Source of the DNA: Myxococcales bacterium
GTDB taxonomy: Bacteria > Myxococcota > Myxococcia > Myxococcales > Anaeromyxobacteraceae
Assembly (NCBI GenBank): GCA_038320275.1
Contig: JBBQEB010000096.1
Coordinates: forward strand, 1-14,454
Direction of reading: 5' to 3'
Length of the DNA stretch: 14,454 bases
In this document: one piece after another, positions 1 to 9,088 of the stretch
Numbering within the stretch: position 1 is the stretch's first letter
Layout: each line of letters opens with the position of its first letter
Position numbers and translations under genes: made by a program
Notes under the pieces: generated by a model
Databases searched by the model: none
What the model was told of the DNA's origin: nothing
The model's input: the letters and a program-made list of their open reading frames with translations, nothing else

Positions 1-603
1 CTCGGCCGCCCTGGCGCGCGCCACCGTCACGTAGCAGTCCTCGTAGCGGGGGCACTCGCGCCCGAGGCAGGTCTCGCCCGAGGCGGAGAGCTCGCGCCAG
101 GCGGGCCAGCCGTCGGGCAGGTCGATCTCGGCGCGGTCGCCGGTCTCGGTGCGGGTGAGCCACTCCTGCACGCGGGGCCAGAGCGCCGCGTCCTCCCGCG
201 AGCCGAAGGTGGGGCGCTCGCCGAAGCGGGCCCCGCGCGCGAGGCAGTAGTAGTTGGCGCGCCCCTTGAGATAGGCGGCGGAGACGGACACCCCGAGCTC
301 GTGCTCCAGGAGCGGGAGGTCCTTCGTCCAGATCTGCTCCTGGAGCGTCTTGGTGGCGGTGGAGACCACCACCTTGCGGCCGGAGAGCGCCGCGGGGGCG
401 AGGTACGCCAGCGTCTTTCCCGTGCCGGTGCCCGCCTCGGCGACGAGGTAGCGCCGCTCGGCGAGGGCCCGCTCCACCGCCCGCGCCATGGCGAGCTGGT
501 CGGGGCGGGGCTCGTAGCCGGGGAGCGCCCGCGCCAGCGCGCCGCCGGGGCCGAGGAGGAGCTCCAGCGCGTCGGCGCTCCTTCGAGGGGGCGAGGGCGG
601 CAT
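1..603 (-). CDS. DinG/YoaA (XPD-like) ATP-dependent DNA helicase with Fe-S cluster, N-terminal part (runs off the left edge)
   Basis: Absent from the ORF track because there is no stop in the window; translated by hand from ATG 603: [43 protein letters not shown]... It has the Q-motif YEPRPDQ, Walker A EAGTGTGKT, motif Ia VVVSTATKTLQEQI, LKGRANYYC, and three more Fe-S cysteines in TCLGRECPRYEDC. Confidence 0.93.
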   Translation of the reverse strand, partial: MPPSPPRRSADALELLLGPGGALARALPGYEPRPDQLAMARAVERALAERRYLVAEAGTGTGKTLAYLAPAALSGRKVVVSTATKTLQEQIWTKDLPLLEHELGVSVSAAYLKGRANYYCLARGARFGERPTFGSREDAALWPRVQEWLTRTETGDRAEIDLPDGWPAWRELSASGETCLGRECPRYEDCYVTVARARAAE

Positions 604-626
604 GGGGTGGGAGGCTGAAGCCGAGC

Positions 627-1637
627 CTACATCGCGACCGGCACCGGGATGAACGTGGCCGCGAAGAGGAGGAGCGAGGCGATCGCGAACGCCTTGCGGC
701 CCGGGCCGAGCGGCTGCTCCACGACCGCGGGCGGGTGCCCGAAGCCCACCAGGAAGCGCGTCACGGCCCACCACAGGAGCCAGTTCCAGGAGAGGAAGAG
801 CCCGCAGGCGAGCAGCCCGCGCGAGGACCAGCGCGAGAAGGCTCGCGCCCGGCGATGGCCGAGCAGCGCGTAGGTCACGTGGCCGCCGTCGAGCTGCCCG
901 ATGGGAAGGAGGTTGAGGGTGGTGACGAAGAGGCCGATCCAGGCGGCGAAGGCCACCGGATGCAGGATCACGTCGGTGCCGGCGGCGAGCTTGCCGAGGA
1001 TGAGCCGCTGCACCCCCCAGGTGACGAAGCTGTCGCCGAAGAGCTGCACGCCGGAGCCCTGCAGCGGCTCCCCGGCGAGAAGCGCCCGGGCGAGCGCGAA
1101 GGGGGAACCGTAGTTCGAGGGCGTGAGGAGGGCGTCGCCCATCGCGCGCACCTCGGAGTGCGCGATCCCCCAGGCGAGGAGCGGAAGCGCCACCGCGAAG
1201 CCGGCGAAGGGTCCGGCGGCGCCGATGTCGAGGACGGCGCGGCGGCTGGGCATGGCCGACCGGATGCGGATCACCGCCCCGAAGGTGCCCACCGGCCCCA
1301 CCGGCATGGGGATGAAGAAGGGAAGCGTCGAGTCGACGCCGTAGCCGCGGGCGAGGAGGTAGTGGCCCATCTCGTGGCAGAGCAGGATGCCGATGATCGA
1401 GGCCGCGAAGGGAAGGCCGGCCAGGGCCACCGCGCCGGGATCGGCGGCGATGCGCGACAGCAGGCCGCCGCCGGGCCGGGCGAAGAGGCTCGTCGCCTGC
1501 GCGCCGGCGACGAGGGTGGTGGCCCAGGTGGCCGCGAAGAGCAGGACGTTCGTGAGCGGCCCCCGTTGGCGGCCCGGGGCCGGCCGGCTCCGGAAGCGGC
1601 CCCACGCGGGCGGCGAGGCGACGGCGGGCTCCTCCAC
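627..1637 (-). CDS. Site-2 protease family (peptidase M50) intramembrane zinc metalloprotease, EGY1-like, ~336 aa
   Basis: HEMGH zinc motif, AGPFAG, NLLPIGQLDGGH (NxxPxxxLDG) and several hydrophobic helices. Start moved from the ORF-track 1967 to GTG 1637, which lies 1 nt after the upstream TGA with GGGAG 5 nt upstream. Confidence 0.92.
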   Translation of the reverse strand: MEEPAVASPPAWGRFRSRPAPGRQRGPLTNVLLFAATWATTLVAGAQATSLFARPGGGLLSRIAADPGAVALAGLPFAASIIGILLCHEMGHYLLARGYGVDSTLPFFIPMPVGPVGTFGAVIRIRSAMPSRRAVLDIGAAGPFAGFAVALPLLAWGIAHSEVRAMGDALLTPSNYGSPFALARALLAGEPLQGSGVQLFGDSFVTWGVQRLILGKLAAGTDVILHPVAFAAWIGLFVTTLNLLPIGQLDGGHVTYALLGHRRARAFSRWSSRGLLACGLFLSWNWLLWWAVTRFLVGFGHPPAVVEQPLGPGRKAFAIASLLLFAATFIPVPVAM

Positions 1638-1638
1638 C

Positions 1639-3447
1639 TCAGCTCCCGTTCCCCGGCGCCGCAAGCTCCTCCGGCGTGAGCTCGCGGACCGCGCCCTTCT
1701 CGACCGTGAGATAGAAGAGCGGCTTCTCCACCTCCCGCCTGGCGTCGAAGCCGAGCGCGCCGGTGGCGCCGGGGAAGCCCCGCGTCGCGGCAAGCACGTC
1801 CCGCACCGCGTCGCGCGTACCGGCACCGCCCTCCAGCGCCTTGCGGAGCAGCCCCGCTGCGTCGAAGGCGCTCGCCTCCAGGATCGAGGGTGGGTGGCCG
1901 TTCCTGGCGGTGAACGCCGACACGAAGGCCTTCGTCTCGGGCCGCTCCGAGGCGGCGTAGAAGCCATCCACGAAGACCGCGCACTCGACGTACTTGCCCC
2001 CGCGCTCCACCAGCGCGGGGTCGTCCCAGCCGTTGGCCCCGAGGAGCTGCACGGCCTTCAGATCCTCGCGCCCCGTGATGCGCCGGATGCGCTCCACCTC
2101 CTTGGGATCGCACGTCTGCGTGACCACGTCCTCCACCGCCAGCGCGGGCGCGATGAGGGCGACGTTCTTCGCGAAGTCGGGGATGAAGATCGCGTCGAAG
2201 TCGGTGACCGGCGGCAGCTTGTCCCGCAGCTTCTCGGTGGCCTTGCGCCGGCGGAACGGATCGGTCTCCTCTGCCGCCAGCGCGCGCAGGCCCTCCTGGT
2301 AGTCGGGCCGGTCCTCCAGCCAGAGCTTGCCCACCAGCGACTTCACCAGGGGTGCAAAGGTGGTGCGGTCGTGCTCGTACGTCTCTGCGCCGCGCACCTC
2401 GCCGCCTCGGGCGTCCACCTCGTCCCAGAACGCAGCCGCGAGCTCCTGCCCGTAGGGGATCTGCGGCGAGAAGAGGGCGAAGCGGCGCATCCCGCGGCGG
2501 CCCATGACGAGCTCGGCGAGCGCCTTCGCCTGGGCGCCAGCGGTGAGCATGTTGCGGAAGACGTAGGGGCCGGCCTGCGTCACGTTCTCGGCGCGGGAGA
2601 GGGAGATGAAGGGGAGCTTCAGCTCCTGCGCCGCAGAGGCCGCCCTCGGCGCCTCCACGTTGACGACGCCGCCCAGCGCAGCCACCACCCCCTCGGCGGC
2701 CAGCGCCTCCATGGCCGCCTGGGCGCCCTCCGGCTCGCCCTGGGTGTCCTTCACCACCAGCGTGAAGGCGCCGTCATCGCCCAAGGCGAGGGCCACGCCC
2801 TGCAGGATGGCCTCGCCCCAGGGCTTCAGCTTTCCGGTGAGGGGCACCGCCACCCCGATCTTGCGGCTGCCCACCTCCGACCTGTGGCCGAGCCGCTCCG
2901 CCATCGCGCGGGCGTCGGCCGCGTAGGGCGAGCCCGGCCAGCGCTCCACCAGCTCCCGGGCCGAGCGCTCCGCGGCCGCGTCGTCGTGAAGGTGCGCCTG
3001 GATGCGGGCGAGCTTCATGACGGCGGCGGGAAGGAGGGGGGAGTCGGCGGGGAGCTCCTCGCGCAGCCGGGCCACCTCCGGGAAGGCGAGCCGGGCTTCC
3101 AGGTGATCCACCGCGCGCGCGAGATCCTCCGCGCCGGCGCCCGCGCCAGCCACCCGGGCCGCCTCGGCCCGCCAGCGTGCGGCGTCGAGCCAGGCTCCGG
3201 CGCCCTCCGCGACGCGGGCCGCCTCTCGCGAGGCCTCCAGCCGCTCGGGAGCAGGCACCCCGCGGTAGGCCGCCGCGAAGGCAGCGAGCGCCCCCTTCGC
3301 ATTCGCGCCCGTGAGCGTCTCCCGCCAGGCCACGCCCTCGGCGGGAGCGGACGCCTCGACAGGCTCGCCCGCGATCACCTGCGCGCCGCGCTTCGGGCAG
3401 GCCAGGAGGAGCACTGCTGCGGCGAGGGGAAGGATCGGGGCGCGCAT
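1639..3447 (-). CDS. LpoA/LppC-like lipoprotein (penicillin-binding protein activator-like): helical TPR-like N-terminus plus type I periplasmic-binding-protein domain, ~602 aa
   Basis: Signal peptide with lipobox MRAPILPLAAAVLLLA-C from ATG 3447. TPR-like segment AVMKLARIQAHL...RELVERWPGSPYA. PBP1-fold motifs KIGVAVPLTG, VVKDTQGEP, GPYVFR, FDAIFIPD, QLLGANGW, FPGATGALGFD. Confidence 0.75.
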   Translation of the reverse strand: MRAPILPLAAAVLLLACPKRGAQVIAGEPVEASAPAEGVAWRETLTGANAKGALAAFAAAYRGVPAPERLEASREAARVAEGAGAWLDAARWRAEAARVAGAGAGAEDLARAVDHLEARLAFPEVARLREELPADSPLLPAAVMKLARIQAHLHDDAAAERSARELVERWPGSPYAADARAMAERLGHRSEVGSRKIGVAVPLTGKLKPWGEAILQGVALALGDDGAFTLVVKDTQGEPEGAQAAMEALAAEGVVAALGGVVNVEAPRAASAAQELKLPFISLSRAENVTQAGPYVFRNMLTAGAQAKALAELVMGRRGMRRFALFSPQIPYGQELAAAFWDEVDARGGEVRGAETYEHDRTTFAPLVKSLVGKLWLEDRPDYQEGLRALAAEETDPFRRRKATEKLRDKLPPVTDFDAIFIPDFAKNVALIAPALAVEDVVTQTCDPKEVERIRRITGREDLKAVQLLGANGWDDPALVERGGKYVECAVFVDGFYAASERPETKAFVSAFTARNGHPPSILEASAFDAAGLLRKALEGGAGTRDAVRDVLAATRGFPGATGALGFDARREVEKPLFYLTVEKGAVRELTPEELAAPGNGS

Positions 3448-3503
3448 GCGGACGGTTGTACTCTCCCGGCAGAAGATGGGCGAAGCGGACCTCTCGCGAG
3501 CGG

Positions 3504-4628
3504 TCACCCGGTCCCGAAGAGCTCACCCACCTTGTCCCAGAAGCTGCGCGACTGGGGATTGGTGGCCTCCCCGGAGAGCTCGGCGAAGCGCTCCAACAGC
3601 TCCTTCTGCTCCTTCGACAGGTGCGTGGGCGTCTCCACCACCACGCGGACGTGCTGGTCGCCCCTCGCGCCGCCCTGGAGGCTCGGCACGCCGCGTCCGC
3701 GGAGGCGGAACACCTTGCCCGATTGCGTGCCGGCCACGACCTTCATCTTCACCGGGCCGTCGAGCGTCGGGACCTCGAGCTGGGCGCCCAGCGCCGCCTG
3801 CGTGAAGCTGACGGGCAGCTCGCAGAGGACCTCCGTCTCCTCGCGCCGGAAGATGGGGTGCTCGCGCACCTGCACCACGACGTAGAGGTCGCCTGGGGAG
3901 GCGCCGGGCTGAGGAGCCGGCTCGCCCTCGCCGGCGAGCTTGAGGCGGGTGCCGGTGTCCACGCCAGCGGGAACCTTCACCTCGACGGTGGCCTGCTCGC
4001 GGAGCATCCCGGCGCCGCCGCAATCGGAGCATTTGTCGGCGATCACCCGCCCGGCACCGCCGCAGGCGTGGCAGGTGCGGGCGATGGAGAAGAAGCCCTG
4101 CGTGAGGCGGACCTGGCCCGAGCCTTCGCACGTTCCGCAGGTGCGCGGCGAGGTGCCTGGCTTGCCGCCCGTGCCCTTGCAGGTGTCGCAGCGCCGCGGG
4201 CGCGGCACCTGGATGCGGCTCGCGGTGCCGAAGGCCGCCTCCTCGAAGCCGATCTCGAGGTGGTAGCGGAGGTCGGCGCCGCGCGGCCGGCCCCGAGGCC
4301 GCCGACCGCCGCCGAACATCTCGCCGAAGATGTCCCCGAAGATGTCGTTGATGCTGGCGCCGGCGGCGCCGCCGAACCCGAAGCCCTCGAAGGGATTGCC
4401 TCCCGCCCCCCCGGCATGGCCGAAGCGGTCGTAGCGCGCCCTCTTCTCGGGATCGGAGAGGACCTCGTACGCCTCCGAGGCCTCCTTGAACCGCTCCTCG
4501 GCCTCGCGATCTTCGGGGGCCTTGTCGGGATGGAACTGGTGAGCGAGCTTGCGGTAGGCGGACTTGAGCTCCGCCTCGGCCGCGTCGCGCGAGACGCCCA
4601 GGACCTGGTAGTAGTCGCGTTTTTGCAC
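3504..4628 (-). CDS. dnaJ: Molecular chaperone DnaJ (class A)
   Basis: J-domain [10 protein letters not shown]...HPD, G/F region with DIFGDIF, four CxxCxGxG repeats ([32 protein letters not shown]) and C-terminal GDLYV/VPTLDG. Start GTG 4628; alternative GTG 4637. Confidence 0.98.
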   Translation of the reverse strand: MQKRDYYQVLGVSRDAAEAELKSAYRKLAHQFHPDKAPEDREAEERFKEASEAYEVLSDPEKRARYDRFGHAGGAGGNPFEGFGFGGAAGASINDIFGDIFGEMFGGGRRPRGRPRGADLRYHLEIGFEEAAFGTASRIQVPRPRRCDTCKGTGGKPGTSPRTCGTCEGSGQVRLTQGFFSIARTCHACGGAGRVIADKCSDCGGAGMLREQATVEVKVPAGVDTGTRLKLAGEGEPAPQPGASPGDLYVVVQVREHPIFRREETEVLCELPVSFTQAALGAQLEVPTLDGPVKMKVVAGTQSGKVFRLRGRGVPSLQGGARGDQHVRVVVETPTHLSKEQKELLERFAELSGEATNPQSRSFWDKVGELFGTG

Positions 4629-4648
4629 GTGGATCACGGGAGTGACAG
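4622..4648. promoter_or_regulatory. Degenerate CIRCE-like (HrcA operator) candidate overlapping the dnaJ start codon
   Basis: TTTGCACGT-N9-GAGTGACAG versus consensus TTAGCACTC-N9-GAGTGCTAA: 12/18 matches with an exact 9-nt spacer. Confidence 0.35.
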
Positions 4649-4680
4649 GCGGGAGGGGTGACGGCCCCGCTGGGCCGCGC

Positions 4681-4708
4681 AATGTAATGCAGGGGTTGCG
4701 CCTGGCAA
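4681..4708 (-). promoter_or_regulatory. Candidate sigma70-type internal promoter upstream of dnaJ
   Basis: Minus strand TTGCCA-N16-TACATT in a locally AT-richer patch of the dnaK-dnaJ spacer. Confidence 0.5.
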
Positions 4709-4727
4709 GCGGCGGAGCGTGCGAGCT

Positions 4728-6542
4728 TCACTTGCTGGCGGCGTAGATGGCGTCCGCGATGCGGTAGGCGCTTCCCTCCAGGCGGGCGAGCGCCTCCTTG
4801 ATCCGCGAGGGGTCTCCGCCGGGCAGGGTGGCCTGCAGGGCCTGCACGTCCGCCCGGATCTCCTCCACGTCGCCGGGCTGGAGGACGTTCGCGTACTCCT
4901 CCAGGCTCTTCTCGGTGGTGTAGACGAGCCCTTCGGCGCTGTTCCGGAGGTCGGCGAGCTCGCGCCGCTTCTCGTCCCCGGTGCGGTTCGACTCCGCGTC
5001 GGCCATCATCCGCTGGATCTCCGCCTCGGAGAGGCCGGACGACGCCGTGATGCGGATCTGCTGGGTCTTGCCGGTGCCCAGGTCCTTCGCGGAGACATGG
5101 ACGATCCCGTTCGTGTCCACGTCGAAGGTGACCTCGATCTGCGGCACCCCGCGCGGCGCGGGGGGGATGCCCACCAGCTCGAAGCGGCCCAGCGTCTTGT
5201 CGTCGGCCGCCATCTCGCGCTCGCCCTGGAGCACGTGGATGGAGACGAGCGGCTGGTTGTCCACCGCCGTCGAGAACACCTGGGACTTCTTGCACGGCAC
5301 GGTGGTGTTCTTCTCGATGATGCGGGTGAAGACGCCGCCGGCGGTCTCCACGCCGACGGAGAGCGGCGTAACGTCCAGCAGAAGGACGTCCTTCAGCTCG
5401 CCCTTCATGATGGCGCCCTGGATGGCGGCCCCCACCGCGACCACCTCGTCCGGGTTCACGCCCTTGTGCGGCTCCTTGCCGAAGAAGCGCTTCACCACCT
5501 CCTGCACCTTGGGCATGCGCGTCATGCCGCCTACCAGGATGACGGTGTCGAGCTGCCGCGCCTCGAGGCCGGCGTCGCGCAGCGCGACCTTGCACGGACC
5601 CAGCGTCCTCTCCACCAGGTCGCCCACCAGCCCCTCCAACGTGGCGCGGTCGAGCGTCTCGGCGAGGTGCTTGGGGCCCGTCGCGTCGGCGGTGATGAAG
5701 GGGAGGTTCACCTCCGTCTCGGTGGCGCTGGAGAGCTCGTGCTTGGCGCGCTCGGCGGCCTCCTTCAGCCGCTGCAGCGCCATGCGCTCCTTCGTGAGGT
5801 CGATACCGGTCGCGTCCTGGAAGCGTTTCGCGAGCCAGTCGATGAGCCGCTGGTCGAAGTCCTCGCCGCCCAGGAAGGTGTCGCCGTTGGTGGCCTTCAC
5901 CTCGAACACCCCCTCGTGCAGCTCGAGGATGGTGATGTCGAAGGTCCCGCCCCCGAGGTCGTACACGGCGAGGAGCTCGCTCGGGCGCTCCTTGCGGTCG
6001 AGCCCGTAGGCGAGCGCGGCGGCGGTGGGCTCGTTGATGATGCGCAGCACGTCGAGGCCGGCGATGCGCCCCGCGTCCTTGGTGGCCTGCCGCTGGGCGT
6101 CGTTGAAGTAGGCCGGGCAGGTGATGATCGCCTCCGTCACCGGCTGTCCGAGGTAGTCCTCGGCGGTCTGCTTCATCTTGGCGAGCACCATCGCCGAGAC
6201 CTCGGCCGGCGAGTAGCGCTTCGGCCCCACCTCGATCCAGGCGTCGCCGTTCTCGTTGGGGACGATGTGGAACGGGACGAGCGCGGTGGTGCGCTTCACC
6301 TCCTCGTCGGCGAACTTGCGCCCGATGAGCCGCTTCACGACGTGGACGGTGGACTCGGGGTTGGTGATGGCCTGGCGCTTCGCGATCTGCCCCACCAGCC
6401 GCTCGCCGCCGTCGGCGAGCGCCACCATGGAGGGCGTGGTGCGCGAGCCCTCGCCGTTGGGGATGACGATCGCCTCCCCGCCCTCCATCACCGCCACGCA
6501 GGAGTTGGTGGTGCCGAGGTCGATGCCGATCACCTTGCTCAT
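4728..6542 (-). CDS. dnaK: Molecular chaperone DnaK (Hsp70), 604 aa, short C-terminus
   Basis: [67 protein letters not shown] linker, [31 protein letters not shown] overlap with the grpE stop. Confidence 0.99.
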   Translation of the reverse strand: MSKVIGIDLGTTNSCVAVMEGGEAIVIPNGEGSRTTPSMVALADGGERLVGQIAKRQAITNPESTVHVVKRLIGRKFADEEVKRTTALVPFHIVPNENGDAWIEVGPKRYSPAEVSAMVLAKMKQTAEDYLGQPVTEAIITCPAYFNDAQRQATKDAGRIAGLDVLRIINEPTAAALAYGLDRKERPSELLAVYDLGGGTFDITILELHEGVFEVKATNGDTFLGGEDFDQRLIDWLAKRFQDATGIDLTKERMALQRLKEAAERAKHELSSATETEVNLPFITADATGPKHLAETLDRATLEGLVGDLVERTLGPCKVALRDAGLEARQLDTVILVGGMTRMPKVQEVVKRFFGKEPHKGVNPDEVVAVGAAIQGAIMKGELKDVLLLDVTPLSVGVETAGGVFTRIIEKNTTVPCKKSQVFSTAVDNQPLVSIHVLQGEREMAADDKTLGRFELVGIPPAPRGVPQIEVTFDVDTNGIVHVSAKDLGTGKTQQIRITASSGLSEAEIQRMMADAESNRTGDEKRRELADLRNSAEGLVYTTEKSLEEYANVLQPGDVEEIRADVQALQATLPGGDPSRIKEALARLEGSAYRIADAIYAASK

Positions 6543-7246
6543 CGTTCTCCCTCGCGTTCGGCGGAAGCGGAGGCTGTGACGGCGGGCTCCTCTCCGGAGG
6601 GGCCGGCCTGGGGCGCCGGCGAGGCCGCGACCACCACCGCCGCCGGGCGGAGCAGCCGGTCGTGGAGGGTGAAGCCGCGCTGGTGCTCGGTCACGACCGT
6701 TCCGGGCAGGTGCTCCGAGGTCGCCACGCTCATGAGCGCCTCGTGCCGGTGGGGGTCGAAGCGCTCGCCCTTGGCCGAGAACCCCTTCACCCCGACCTTG
6801 CCGAGCGCCTCCTCCAGCAGCCGGAGCGTCATCCCCACGCCGCTCGTCAGCGGCTCGCCGGCCGGCGCGGCGGCCAGGGCGCGCTCGAGGTTGTCGATCA
6901 CCGGGAGGAGCTCCTTCGCGAGCCTCTCCACGCCGAAGCGCGCCGCCTCGTCTCGCTCGCGGGCCGCGCGCTTCTTGTAGTTCTCGAGGTCGGCGGCGGA
7001 GCGGAGGAGCCGGTCGTGCTCCTCCTGGAGCCGGGCGAACCCCTTGCGTCCGTGCTCCTGCGAGAGGGCGAGCTCGTCGCGCAGCCGGGCCAGCTCCGAC
7101 GCCTGCGCGGGGTCAGCCTCGGGATCGGGCGCCGTCTCGGCCCGCTCCTCGCCCTCTCCCTCGCGGCGCTCCACGGCGGCCAGCGCCTCCGCGACCGCCT
7201 CCTCCGGGATGTCTGCCGAGACCTCGCCTGGGCGTCGCTCGTCCAT
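6539..7246 (-). CDS. grpE: Nucleotide exchange factor GrpE
   Basis: [58 protein letters not shown] 7246, 4 nt after the hrcA stop, is preferred over GTG 7267. Confidence 0.97.
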   Translation of the reverse strand: MDERRPGEVSADIPEEAVAEALAAVERREGEGEERAETAPDPEADPAQASELARLRDELALSQEHGRKGFARLQEEHDRLLRSAADLENYKKRAARERDEAARFGVERLAKELLPVIDNLERALAAAPAGEPLTSGVGMTLRLLEEALGKVGVKGFSAKGERFDPHRHEALMSVATSEHLPGTVVTEHQRGFTLHDRLLRPAAVVVAASPAPQAGPSGEEPAVTASASAEREGER

Positions 7247-7250
7247 GCGC

Positions 7251-8315
7251 TCAGGCTCCCTCGCCACCGGAGAGCGCGCGGGAGATCTCCTTCGCGGTGA
7301 GATCGACGAGCGGGATGACGCGCGCGTAGTTCATGCGGGTGGGGCCGATCACGGCCAGCGTGCCCAGCACCTGGTCGCCCCGCCCGTAGGGCGCCGCCAC
7401 CACCGAGAGGTCCGGCACGCTCGCGAGGTCGCTCTCCGCGCCGATGAAGATCTGCACCTCGCTCGCCCGCAGCACGCGGTCGAGCACGCGCAGGATGCGA
7501 TCCTTCTCTGCGAAGGCGCGCAGGAGGGCGCGCGCCTTGGCGACGTCGGCGAACTCGGGGGCCTCGAGGAAGCTCTCCTCGCCGTCCACGAGCACCTCGC
7601 CTCCAGACATCGCTCCCTCGCCGAAGCTACGCTCGGCCAGCAGGAGCGCCTTGGCGACGAGCCCCTGCACCGCGCTCTGGTCCTCGCGCATCTCCACCAG
7701 GATGCGCTCCCGCAAGGACGAGAACGGCCCCTCCCGCAGCTTCTCGTTGAGGTAGTTCCCCGCGCGCTCGAGCTCGCCCACCTCGGGCGGAGCGTCGAGC
7801 TGCATGAGCTTGTTCGTGACGAGCCCCGCCGCCGAGACGAACACCACCAGGACCCGGGCCTCGCGCAGCCGCACGAGCTCGATCTGGCGGATGGGGTCGG
7901 TGGTGGCCCGCGGCGTGGAGACCACGCCCGCGTGATGCGACAGGGAGTGAAGCACGCGCGCCGCATTGCCCAGGAGCGAGTCCACGCCCGGGGCCTCGTG
8001 GGCGGCCTTCTCGATGCGCTCCCGGTCGGAGGGGGGCGGGGGCCTCACCTTGAGCAGCGTGTCGACGTAGAGCCGGTAGCCGGCCTCGGTGGGCACCCGG
8101 CCGGAGGAGGTGTGCGGCTTCGCGAGGAAGCCCAGCGCCTCGAGGTCGGCCATGACGTTGCGCACCGTCGCCGGCGAACAGTCGAGCCCGTGGCCGTGCC
8201 GCGCGAGGAGCGGCTGACTCGCGACCGGCTCGCCGGTGTGGATGTAGTCCTGCACCAGGGCGCGCAGGACGTCGCGCGCGCGCTGCGATAGGCCGGACGA
8301 CGCGTCGCTCGGCAT
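7251..8315 (-). CDS. hrcA: Heat-inducible transcription repressor HrcA
   Basis: [72 protein letters not shown] 8315 (TGATG overlap) or GTG 8318 (GTGA overlap) with the upstream gene's stop. Confidence 0.97.
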   Translation of the reverse strand: MPSDASSGLSQRARDVLRALVQDYIHTGEPVASQPLLARHGHGLDCSPATVRNVMADLEALGFLAKPHTSSGRVPTEAGYRLYVDTLLKVRPPPPSDRERIEKAAHEAPGVDSLLGNAARVLHSLSHHAGVVSTPRATTDPIRQIELVRLREARVLVVFVSAAGLVTNKLMQLDAPPEVGELERAGNYLNEKLREGPFSSLRERILVEMREDQSAVQGLVAKALLLAERSFGEGAMSGGEVLVDGEESFLEAPEFADVAKARALLRAFAEKDRILRVLDRVLRASEVQIFIGAESDLASVPDLSVVAAPYGRGDQVLGTLAVIGPTRMNYARVIPLVDLTAKEISRALSGGEGA

Positions 8316-9007
8316 CACCGCTCTTCGAGGTGGCGCTGGGCGGCGGCCGCCAGGGCAGGGAACCGGCCCGCGCGGAGCTCCCGCCAGCGCGCATCGGCCG
8401 TGGCGGCGTCGCCCGTGGCCCCCGCCACCAGGGCCTCCAGATGCACCCGCTCCTCGGGGTGGAGGAAGGTGAGCTCGCGCCTCACGGCGCCGCCCTCGTC
8501 CAGCCGGAGCGCATCGCGGAGCGCGGCCTGCGCGCCCGGGCGGTCACCCCGGGCGTCTGCCAGGGCCGCCAGCGCGTAGTGCGGTCCGGGCTGGGCCGGG
8601 TCCATGGCCCGCGCGGCTTCGAGGTGCGCCTGCGCGGCCGGGAGGTAGCCGTCGAGCGCGTAGAGCTCGCCCAGGTTTCCCAGCGCCGCCTGCTGCTCGC
8701 GTGGCGCACCGCGCACCAGCACCTCCTCCAGGAGCTGCCGGGCGGCGTCGAACCTCTCCTGGAGCGCGTAGCTCACCGCGAGATCGTTGAGGTCGCCCAT
8801 GCGATCGGGATCGCTCGCGAGCGCCGCCTCCAGGCTCGAGCGCGCCTCGCCCACCCGCCCGGCGCGCAGGGCGCGCGTGCCCGGGGCCTCCGGGCTCGCC
8901 AGGGCCGCCAGCAGGGGCGTGCTCTGCGCCTGGCGGGGGGCATCGATCGTCCCGCCGCAGGCGGCGAGGAGCGCGAGAGCGGGAGCAAGGGTGCGGAGTG
9001 GACGCAT
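8315..9007 (-). CDS. Tetratricopeptide-repeat lipoprotein, 230 aa, function unknown
   Basis: Lipobox [17 protein letters not shown]. About four TPR-like units ([21 protein letters not shown]...[19 protein letters not shown]...[18 protein letters not shown]...ALRDALRLD). Its stop overlaps the hrcA start. Confidence 0.85.
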   Translation of the reverse strand: MRPLRTLAPALALLAACGGTIDAPRQAQSTPLLAALASPEAPGTRALRAGRVGEARSSLEAALASDPDRMGDLNDLAVSYALQERFDAARQLLEEVLVRGAPREQQAALGNLGELYALDGYLPAAQAHLEAARAMDPAQPGPHYALAALADARGDRPGAQAALRDALRLDEGGAVRRELTFLHPEERVHLEALVAGATGDAATADARWRELRAGRFPALAAAAQRHLEER

Positions 9008-9045
9008 GGAGAGGGGCTCGCGGGCGGGGTGCCGCTCGCCTGCGC

Positions 9046-9074
9046 AGTTTATCCCCCGCTCCGGGGTGGATCAA
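9046..9074 (-). promoter_or_regulatory. Sigma70-type promoter for the TPR-hrcA-grpE-dnaK operon
   Basis: Minus strand TTGATC-N17-TAAACT; the -10 ends 38 nt upstream of the TPR ATG. Confidence 0.65.
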
Positions 9075-9088
9075 GGAAGGGGAGGGGC

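Noticed and set aside
1145..1164. Inverted repeat CGCGCAC-ctcgga-GTGCGCG with a GAGTGC half-CIRCE
   Set aside because: It lies inside the M50 coding sequence, has the wrong spacer, and is expected by chance at high GC.
4719..6980. 753-aa ORF antisense to dnaK/grpE
   Set aside because: This is the familiar Hsp70 antisense frame, often mis-annotated as NAD-glutamate dehydrogenase; codon bias at high GC explains it.
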